The notes under the pieces are model-generated. The model worked only from the letters and a program-made list of their open reading frames with translations. It had not been told where the DNA came from and did not search any database. 43,746 nucleotides of DNA from Bacteroidia bacterium. GTDB taxonomy: Bacteria; Bacteroidota; Bacteroidia; UBA4408. The stretch lies in the NCBI GenBank assembly GCA_040080595.1, contig JBEBIC010000001.1:1-43746 (forward strand), read 5' to 3'. The position numbers and the translations under genes are program-made. Each line of letters starts with the position of its first letter. Position 1 is the stretch's first letter. This document shows, piece by piece, positions 9,121 through 17,300 of this stretch.

Positions 9121-10125
9121 ATGAACACAAGCGCATTAAATAAACATCAACCAGTTGGTTGGTTACTGGCAGGAGCAATAATACTAACTGGTTGTGCTAT
9201 ACCCAAAACAACACAACAGTACGCTATAGCCAATAAATACTACACCTCTGGAGGTGCAGAGGATATAGTAATAGATACTATAACCAATGCAAGTGCACCA
9301 CGCTTAATAGCTTCCTGTGCCGATTATGCCAACAAGGGCACTACTAACGCTATACAAGCAATAGAATTAACTACTAAACGTGTACACTCATTTATACGTA
9401 TAAACGAACCTGCTAATATGCCATTTAAACCCCATGGAATAGACCTTGGCAGGTTTAACGACAGCTTATTTTTATATGTAATAAACCACGAAAATGAAAC
9501 GCTAACGAGTATATTAACTTATTATGTAAAAGACACTACTTTATTATTAACCAAACGATTTGTATCTCCATTGCTTATTAGCCCTAATGATATAAGTGTA
9601 AATAATAAGCGAGAATTATACATAAGCAACGACCGCTCACGTAAGTACAATACCTTGGGAGTATTGCTAAAGCTAAAAAAAGGAACGGTTGTAAAAATAG
9701 CAAATGATGTATGTTCTGTTTTTTCAACAGGCTATTGTTATGCTAATGGTATGCTTGCCTGCGATAGTGGTGTGTATGTATCAACCGTTCGGTTAAATAA
9801 GTTGTTTTTTATAAAATATAATTCGGGTATATATAAAAAACAAGTTGTGGCAAAATTTAAGGGGCAAGATAATATTACATTTAGCAACAATAAGTTGTAT
9901 GTAACAAGCCACCCAAAACAAATAAAATTTATTCGTCATGCTAAAAACCAAGCAATAACAAGTCCAGCGGTAGTATATGAAATAGATTTAACAACTAAAC
10001 ATAAGCGAGTAGTATATAGCAATAGCGGAAAACAAATAAGCGCAGTAACTACTGCGCTTATGTTTAAGAATAAAATGTATTTAAGTCAATTGTTTGTACC
10101 TTTTGTATTGGAGGTTAGTAATTAA
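9121..10125 (+). CDS. Paraoxonase/arylesterase-like (PON family) six-bladed propeller lipoprotein
   Basis: 334 aa with lipobox LTGC. Collinear motif matches to mammalian PON1 as I remember it: FKPHGIDL..LFLYVINH (PON1 FNPHGIS..YLLVVNH), SPNDISV (NLNDIVA), YANGM (FANGI), GQDNITF (LVDNISV), LYVTSHP..IKF (LWVGCHP..IFF), and a C-terminal TTAL.FKNKMYLSQLF (TVASVYKGKLLIGTVF). Confidence 0.7.
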   Translation: MNTSALNKHQPVGWLLAGAIILTGCAIPKTTQQYAIANKYYTSGGAEDIVIDTITNASAPRLIASCADYANKGTTNAIQAIELTTKRVHSFIRINEPANMPFKPHGIDLGRFNDSLFLYVINHENETLTSILTYYVKDTTLLLTKRFVSPLLISPNDISVNNKRELYISNDRSRKYNTLGVLLKLKKGTVVKIANDVCSVFSTGYCYANGMLACDSGVYVSTVRLNKLFFIKYNSGIYKKQVVAKFKGQDNITFSNNKLYVTSHPKQIKFIRHAKNQAITSPAVVYEIDLTTKHKRVVYSNSGKQISAVTTALMFKNKMYLSQLFVPFVLEVSN

Positions 10126-10232
10126 CCAATTGGTTAATTATTTAAAACCGTAAAATACATACACCTTTTATTTTATTATTAAAAATATTGATAAAGGATT
10201 TGAACTTACTAAATAAACTAGTAAGTAATTTC

Positions 10233-10487
10233 TTATTTTACAATTACGGCATTACATGTAATTGTTACTCCTTTAGCACCATTGGCAGTAGCTTGTGTAC
10301 CTACTTCTGTGCATATTGCAGTAGCGCTACTCTCGTTAGATTTAAACTCGCCTGGTAAATTAGTAGGGTTAGTACTTGCTGTACCTGCGCTAGTTGTTGA
10401 ACTTGCTACGCATTCGCATTTATAAGTTTTGTCGCAAGAGGTTAATGCTACTATTAAAAATGAAGCGGATAAGATTATGTTTTTCAT
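10233..10487 (-). CDS. Small Thr/Ser-rich lipoprotein with four additional Cys; function unknown
   Basis: 84 aa. Signal peptide plus lipobox (ALTSC), then CECV and two further Cys. No recognisable family. It lies downstream of the BNR-repeat T9SS gene. Confidence 0.5.
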   Translation of the reverse strand: MKNIILSASFLIVALTSCDKTYKCECVASSTTSAGTASTNPTNLPGEFKSNESSATAICTEVGTQATANGAKGVTITCNAVIVK

Positions 10488-10535
10488 GAGATGTAAATTT
10501 TATTAGTTATGTAATTTAAGTTGTTTTTTTAACAT

Positions 10536-10565
10536 ACAAAAGGGAGCTATTACACTCCCTTTTGT
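10536..10565 (-). terminator. 11-bp perfect hairpin downstream of the 10591-11991 gene (possible terminator)
   Basis: ACAAAAGGGAG (10536-10546) pairs with CTCCCTTTTGT (10555-10565) around an 8-nt loop. There is no clean U-run on the minus strand, so the call is tentative. Confidence 0.4.
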
Positions 10566-10590
10566 GTTTAATATAGTTATGTTGTTAAAC

Positions 10591-11991
10591 TTATTCTTTG
10601 ATAAATTTCTTAGTCAATTTAGTTTTGCCATCTATTACTTGTACTACATAAGCACCACTTGTATAGTTGGTAATATCTAATGTTAAACGACCATCATTAA
10701 CAGCAGTAGTATATACCATTTCGCCCAACATGTTATATACAATAACTTGTGCTTTTTTGCTTGGTACTAATACATTTAATACATTGTTAGCAGGGTTAGG
10801 ATATACTGATAATGAGTTGGTAGCAGCTACTACGCTTGCTAATTTAACCAATGGTGCATCAGCCCATTTGTACACACCTTTACTACCACCAGCAGAACTA
10901 ACACTGCCGCCTGCATACCCTACAGTATCATTAACAAATGCAACACTTGTTAATAAATTGATAGAATCTTGATAGCCAAATGTAGCACCACCGTCAGTAG
11001 AGATAGTAGAACCTACTTGGTAAGTAAATGCAGGGGCTAACTGTAAACTATTTACCGTAATTACGTTATTAGTACCTGGCACAAAACATACATCGCTAGG
11101 GTTCCACTGACCTGCATAGTTCCATTTTGTAAATGTAGCACCTCCGTCAATAGTTAATTGTACGTTTACAGTATCTACTTGGTTACTTGTAACATGTTGG
11201 CTAACAATAACACCTACAGTATCGTTTTTAAATTGAATAGTAGTAAATGCTTGTGTAGTGTTACCTAATGCCGAAAAGCCTGATGCAGAAACTGTCCAGG
11301 TCATACCATAATCAGTAGATTTGAACAAGCGACCGTGGTTGGTACCAAACCATACTAAACCATTAGGTTGTGCGTCAAATAAGTTTACTATACCATATTC
11401 ATCAACATCTGTAGGTATTAATACAGGCATCATAGTAGTATCAATACGTGTCCAAGTTGTGCCACTATCAGCAGTGGTGTATATTTCAAACCCACCATTA
11501 GCAGGGTCGCCCATACATACACCTTTGGCTTTGTCCCAAAAATGAACCCAGTTTACAAACGATGAACCTGCTGTAAATTTACCTACTGTTGATTTTGTCC
11601 AGCTAAGTCCACCATTTACAGTTTTGTATATACCTTGGTTAGTGGCAGTAGCCGCTGGCGGATATAACGATGCAAAGGCATAATTACTATCAATAACCGA
11701 CATGTTAGCTATTTCTAAGTTAGTAATAGTTAAGCCTGTAGCAGTTAATGTTTTTGGTTTCCAAGTAGTACCACCATTGGTTGTGTATGAATACTGACGT
11801 AAGTTAGTAGTGGCTACCGAACTACGAAACCATGCCCATACGTTGTCTTTATCTACCACGTTTATGTCGTTTGCAAATTTTGTAGTAGTACCAGTTACAG
11901 GTATTAAGGTAGCTTGCGGTACCCATTGTTTTTGTGCGTTAGCAGTTAGGGCTGTGCCTAAAGCTACTGTTAATAATAGATTTTTTTTCAT
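10591..11991 (-). CDS. T9SS-secreted BNR/Asp-box (Ycf48/sortilin-like) beta-propeller protein
   Basis: 466 aa with a signal peptide (..TANAQ). Six S/T-x-(D/N)-x-G-x-(T/S)-(W/F) boxes (TTNGGTTW, TVNGGLSW, TADSGTTW, STDYGMTW, TIDGGATF, STDGGATF). Type-A T9SS C-terminal domain (LSVYPNPANNVLNV...GAYVVQVIDGKTKLTKKFIKE). Confidence 0.8.
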   Translation of the reverse strand: MKKNLLLTVALGTALTANAQKQWVPQATLIPVTGTTTKFANDINVVDKDNVWAWFRSSVATTNLRQYSYTTNGGTTWKPKTLTATGLTITNLEIANMSVIDSNYAFASLYPPAATATNQGIYKTVNGGLSWTKSTVGKFTAGSSFVNWVHFWDKAKGVCMGDPANGGFEIYTTADSGTTWTRIDTTMMPVLIPTDVDEYGIVNLFDAQPNGLVWFGTNHGRLFKSTDYGMTWTVSASGFSALGNTTQAFTTIQFKNDTVGVIVSQHVTSNQVDTVNVQLTIDGGATFTKWNYAGQWNPSDVCFVPGTNNVITVNSLQLAPAFTYQVGSTISTDGGATFGYQDSINLLTSVAFVNDTVGYAGGSVSSAGGSKGVYKWADAPLVKLASVVAATNSLSVYPNPANNVLNVLVPSKKAQVIVYNMLGEMVYTTAVNDGRLTLDITNYTSGAYVVQVIDGKTKLTKKFIKE

Positions 11992-12063
11992 TTTGATTAT
12001 TGTTATTGTTTTAATTGTTTAATTATTTTAATGCGAATATACTACAAAATAACATTGGTTTTA

Positions 12064-13983
12064 CTACGCCTCCATTACATCAGCCTTTGCACTGTTTTCT
12101 TCCCATTGTGCGTAGTAGCCTTTTAGTTCTGTTTTAAGTTTATTGTAGTTAGCTGTAAATGTAGCGTCTTTAAATAATGCGGGCTTTGCAAGCAACTCTT
12201 CGTCCATTGCTTTTATTTTGGTTTCGTTACGCTCTATACCTTCCTCTATTTTTTTAACTGCATTTTGTAGTTTACGTAATTCTTTTTCTTGTTCTTTTTT
12301 AGCTAGATATTGGGCTTTTCCATCAGTAACACTATCAGTAGATTTTGCTTCGGCTATTGATGTAAAATTATTTTCTTTTTTACGATGTGCTAAGTACTCA
12401 TCTATATCGCCAATAAATTCTTTTAGCTTTCCGCCTTTTAGCTCTATTACTTTTTCGGTTATGCCACGTAGGAAATCACGGTCGTGAGATACCAGTAATA
12501 ACGTACCCTCAAAGCTTTTTAGTGCTTTTTTAAGTAAGTCTTTGGAAAGTATATCCAAGTGATTGGTAGGCTCATCAAGTATTAAAAAATTGTAAGGTTC
12601 TAATAATAATTTGGCTAATGCCAAGCGTGTTTTTTCTCCACCCGAAAGCACTTTTACTTTCTTGGTAATATCATCTCCTTTAAATAAAAACGAACCTAAT
12701 ATATTACGCACACGTGTACGCACTTCGCCTACGGCTACTTCGTCTATGGTTTCAAATATTGTTTTTTCTTTGTCTAAATCGTCAGCATGGGTTTGTCCAA
12801 AATAACCAATGCGCACCATGTGGCCTGGTGTAAGCACGCCCGATGTGGCTTGTAGCTCATCTACTATTATTTTTATAAGCGTACTCTTACCTTGTCCGTT
12901 TTGCCCAACTATGGCAATTTTTTCGCCACGTGCTATTAAAAAATCTATGTTGTCTAATACCTTTTTAGTTTCAAATGATTTGCTCAAGCCCACAGCCTCA
13001 ATACTTACCTTACCACTGTGTGGCGCAACAGGGAATTTAAAACTAAGGTTAGATACATCTTCATCGTCTATTTCCACAACTTCTAGTTTATCCAACTTTT
13101 TCATTAATTGCTGTGCAAACGCTGCTTTTGAAGCCTTTGCCTTGTATTGGTCAATTAATTTTTGAGTGGTTTCAATATACTTTTCTTGGTTCTTTTGTTT
13201 TTGTAATAGTTGCTCTTTGCGCTCTTGTTTAAGTACAATGTGCTTGCTGTAATTGCACGGATACTCAGTAAGTACACGGTTTGCTATTTCAAATGTTTTG
13301 TTGGTAAGGTTATCCAAAAACATACGGTCGTGCGATATAAGTACCACTGCACCTTCATAAGTTACTAAGTGATTTTCTAACCAGTCAATAGCCTCAATAT
13401 CCAAGTGATTGGTAGGCTCATCTAGCAATAATAAATCGGGGTTTTGTAGTATTAGTTTCGCTAATTCTACACGCATACGCCAACCTCCGCTTAGCTCATT
13501 CATACTAAAATGAATACTTACACCGTTAAATCCTAAACCAAACAACACTTGCTCTATGCTTGCATCTATATTGTTTGCGCCCAGTATATTAAGCCTATCC
13601 ATACAGTGTTGGTAATCGTCCAAAGCGTCCATGTAGGCTTGGCTTTCGTAATCTTCGGCGTGTGCTATGTAATCATTAAGTAATTCTATTTTAGCTTCTA
13701 CTGAGGCCAATTCTTTTAATGATTGTTTAACTTCTTGCTGTACAGTAAGGTCGCTATAGTTAAATAACTCCTGTGGCAAATAACCCATACTAAACTCTTT
13801 GGGAGTACTTATAACTCCGCTCGAAGCCTCTTGCGCGCCTGCCAATATTTTTAAAAATGTAGATTTTCCTGCACCATTTTTGCCTGTAAGCCCTACACGC
13901 TCGCGCTTGTTTATTACTACGTTAATATCCGCAAATAGTGTTGTACCACCAAACTGTACTGTTAAATCGCTTACTGAAACCAT
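12064..13983 (-). CDS. ABC-F family ATPase (soluble, translation-factor type)
   Basis: 639 aa. Two ABC cassettes (Walker A GKNGAGKST and GQNGQGKST; signatures LSGGWRMR and LSGGEKTR), a charged inter-domain linker, a C-terminal coiled-coil tail, and no TM domain. Confidence 0.9.
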   Translation of the reverse strand: MVSVSDLTVQFGGTTLFADINVVINKRERVGLTGKNGAGKSTFLKILAGAQEASSGVISTPKEFSMGYLPQELFNYSDLTVQQEVKQSLKELASVEAKIELLNDYIAHAEDYESQAYMDALDDYQHCMDRLNILGANNIDASIEQVLFGLGFNGVSIHFSMNELSGGWRMRVELAKLILQNPDLLLLDEPTNHLDIEAIDWLENHLVTYEGAVVLISHDRMFLDNLTNKTFEIANRVLTEYPCNYSKHIVLKQERKEQLLQKQKNQEKYIETTQKLIDQYKAKASKAAFAQQLMKKLDKLEVVEIDDEDVSNLSFKFPVAPHSGKVSIEAVGLSKSFETKKVLDNIDFLIARGEKIAIVGQNGQGKSTLIKIIVDELQATSGVLTPGHMVRIGYFGQTHADDLDKEKTIFETIDEVAVGEVRTRVRNILGSFLFKGDDITKKVKVLSGGEKTRLALAKLLLEPYNFLILDEPTNHLDILSKDLLKKALKSFEGTLLLVSHDRDFLRGITEKVIELKGGKLKEFIGDIDEYLAHRKKENNFTSIAEAKSTDSVTDGKAQYLAKKEQEKELRKLQNAVKKIEEGIERNETKIKAMDEELLAKPALFKDATFTANYNKLKTELKGYYAQWEENSAKADVMEA

Positions 13984-14163
13984 CTATGTGTAATTGTTTA
14001 TTGTTTTTTTTATGAAAGATGCAAAAATAGCAAGTTAAACCACAATTTAGTGCAATGTGCATTTTTATTATAGGTATAGCCTAATTTTTATTTTTGTATA
14101 GGGTTATTATTTCTCCAATAGTACATCAATAATTCATTTTTTTTTAGTTGCCATTTTATACAA

Positions 14164-14206
14164 ATAAAAAAACGGGCTATGTGTTGTACATAGTCCGTGT
14201 TTTTAT
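14164..14206. terminator. Bidirectional intrinsic terminator (A-run / hairpin / T-run)
   Basis: ACGGGCTATGT (14172-14182) pairs with ACATAGTCCGT (14188-14198), 10 of 11 bp. It is flanked by an AAAAAA run on the left and GTTTTTATTT on the right. It lies 25 nt downstream of the aquaporin relic stop and is the first terminator after the 1616-aa gene. Confidence 0.6.
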
Positions 14207-14222
14207 TTACAACTATTTTAAA

Positions 14223-14360
14223 TTATTCTGCTTTCAAAAACTTATATACTACCCCTGCTAATGCAGCGCCAGCAATAGGTACAAGCACAAATAACCACAA
14301 CTGACCCATTGCCCAGTCGCCAACAAATAATGCTTGGCTTATACTATTTGCTTGTTTTTT
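14223..14360 (-). pseudogene. Relic of an aquaporin/MIP-family gene (C-terminal ~40 codons only)
   Basis: Hand translation of the reverse strand between in-frame stops at 14361-14363 and 14223-14225 gives KKQANSISQALFVGDWAMGQLWLFVLVPIAGAALAGVVYKFLKAE. It aligns with the last helix of AqpZ-type channels (E. coli ...AIFQGGWALEQLWFFWVVPIVGGIIGGLIYRTL...). The only Met is internal, and the rest of a ~230-aa channel is absent. Confidence 0.6.
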
Positions 14361-14377
14361 TTATTAAATTATAAGTA

Positions 14378-17300
14378 CTATTTAGTGTGTATTATTTTAA
14401 ATGTTTTTATGCCTTGGGCACTTTGCAAACTTATGTAATAATATCCAGCTGCATAATTAATAAAGGGAACGTTAATAATTGAATTACTAACCAAATAATC
14501 GTTGGTTGATAGTATTTTACCGTTCCCCTCTAATACGCTTACGCTAACCCTTGTATTTGTAGGATAATCAAACAGTAATTGATACTGCCCATTGTTGCTA
14601 GCTAATTTTATGTATTCGTTTGTTTTTGTTTTATTAAGAATAGTTATAACTCCTCCTTTTGTAGTGTCAATAGGTTCGGTTGCAAACAAGGAATCTATTA
14701 CTACAATAACGGTTTGTGCAGTATCGGTACAGCCGCTTATTTCTGTAATGAGTGTTGTGGTGTATGTTCCAAACGTACTGTATTGGTGTACTGGTGTGGC
14801 ATCGTAGCTAGTTGTACCATCGCCAAAATTCCATGTGTAATTTACATTAGGTGTTGAATAATTGTTAAACGTAACATTGGCTTGGTACAAAAACACACTG
14901 TCGTTAGTAATATTAAAATTAGCATCAACCACATTAGTAGGATTTATTGCGTAGTTAAAATTCTGCACACAATTATTTGCATCGGTTATTTGTAATGTGT
15001 AATTACCTGTGCTTATGCTTTGTAATGCGTTAGTGGTGTTACCATTATTCCATAAGTAAGTATAAGGTGCAGCGCCTTGTGTTACGGTGTTTATGGCTAT
15101 TGCGCCGTCTGTACTTGCGTTACAACTATTATTAGTTATGGTTTCGTTTAATGCAAATGGTGCAGGATTAGTTATTTGTATAGTATCAGTAAGTGTGGCA
15201 CAACCTCCTGTATTACCATTTACTATAACGGTATAAATGCCCGCTGTTGCTACTAAAGTATCGTTGCCTATAACATTGGTTGATGTTTTAACTACTGCAT
15301 TATTGGCATCGTACCACGTGTAAGTATGCGCATTGCTACCTGCTCCTATTGCTATGGCTTGTCCGTTAGTACCATTATAACACGTAGGATTAACGCGGTC
15401 TTTAGCCAAGGCATTACCAAAGTGTAACAAAAAGCGTGGCGCTTTAGTAGTGTCTAGTATATTAAAACTATAGGTGTAATTTTGCGTTAAATCGGTTATG
15501 GTATTGGTTAATTTATCTTCCAAGGTTATACATACATTTTTAGTAAGATTAATAGCAGAATCTCGCACTATAGTATAGTTTCCTGATGCTGTAACCACAG
15601 CACGTAAAGGTATAGTAATAGCGCCATTAAGCGGAGGCAAACTATTAATAGAATAATCGGTACTGTTGTGCATTACTGAGCTAAAGCGTGGCGAACCTGA
15701 GTAAGGGTCGTATAGTTTGTTGGCATCTAATTCGTTGTCAAACAAATCGGTACCATTGTTATGGAAACGTATTGCAATTTCGTCGGTAGTGCCATTACCT
15801 TTTAATGATAGTTTAAATACATCAGTAATAGCTTGTGGTGCTGCACTTCGCATAAACGCTTGGTCCACGGTAGCCTTACAGTTTTCAGTACTGCTTAGTG
15901 CGGGACTTGCAGCGTTGGCTTTTATCCAAAATGCTTGCGACGACGGTATGTATTGCGTGCCGCCATTTACACCCACACCTGCCACGTACGATGCGTAACT
16001 ACTGCTATTAGGATTCCATACGTGTACTTCGTTATTAAGATTTGTTTTGCTCCAAGCGGCGGCCGTCCAGTCTATTGACGATGGATAAGGATTGCCCACA
16101 AAATTCCAGCCGTCGTTGTTTATATTTCCACTATTGGTAAAAGTTACAGGGATAGTTTGTGCAAATTTTACAGGAGTACCAACGGTTTCCATTGTAATTG
16201 GTACAGGCCCAACATAGCAGTAGTAGCCTCTGTTATTTACAATAGTATTACTAATGTCAGTAGCTGGTATGTAACCAAAATCCCACAAATCGCCAGGTGC
16301 AGTTTCGTCATAATGATACACACTATTAAATGTAAACGTAGGCGCTTGCGAACCTGGAAAGCCCGACATAGCAAAGTCGTCGCTCCAATCGGCAAGCGTG
16401 TTAGCACCTGTACACGATGCCAACATACGCCAGTTGGTAGCACCAGGCGCTAAGTAGCGTTGCATAGTTATGTTACCCGCAATATCTCCGCCTGTTATAG
16501 CGTCTATACGTGCTGTGCCTGTAGCGTTAGATACTAATGTAAATACTTTGCCTGTGGTAGTAAACACGCCTGCTGTTAGTTTTAATGTGCTTGTTAAATT
16601 AGCATCAGTCAGTAATGATACGCCTGCCGTATTGTTGGTTGTAAGATTATGAAAGTTAGTAACAGTACTTCCACCAATAGTAGATGCTGCTGTTCCGTTA
16701 AATTCTACTAATGCCGTGCGTGGCGTAAACGTACCGTTGTTTATCCAATTGCCTTTTACAAACGTAGCGTAATTGCTTACTGACGCATCAAACGTAGCAC
16801 CTGCATTTATAGTTAAATTACCATTAGTAGTAACTGGTGCGCCTAATGTTTTTAAACCCGAATTAGCAAATGTTAAGTTGTTAAATGTTTCGCCTCCTAC
16901 TTTGGTTATGGTTTGTGTAACTGTACCGTTAAACGTGGTGGTGTTAGTGCCTGGCGTGTATGTGCCTGCGTTAGTCCAATCGTCGCCTACTGTAATATCT
17001 AAATTATTTGCTAATAATGTTCCTGCTAGTATGTTTACATTTTTTACGGTTATGGCGTTGTTTATCAAATTAGCGGTAACGTTAGCACTATTTACGACCA
17101 AACTACCCAATGCGTAAGTAGTGTTTATTGATATTATTTGTGCCAATGGAGTAGTGGCATTACCTATTTGCAATGTGCCACCATTTACTACACCTCCAGT
17201 ACTACCCGTATTTACATACCCTAAATCTTGCGCACCATTACCACCCTCACGTAGTATAAGTATGGTACCACCCGTCATACTAAAGTTAGACCCTACGCCT

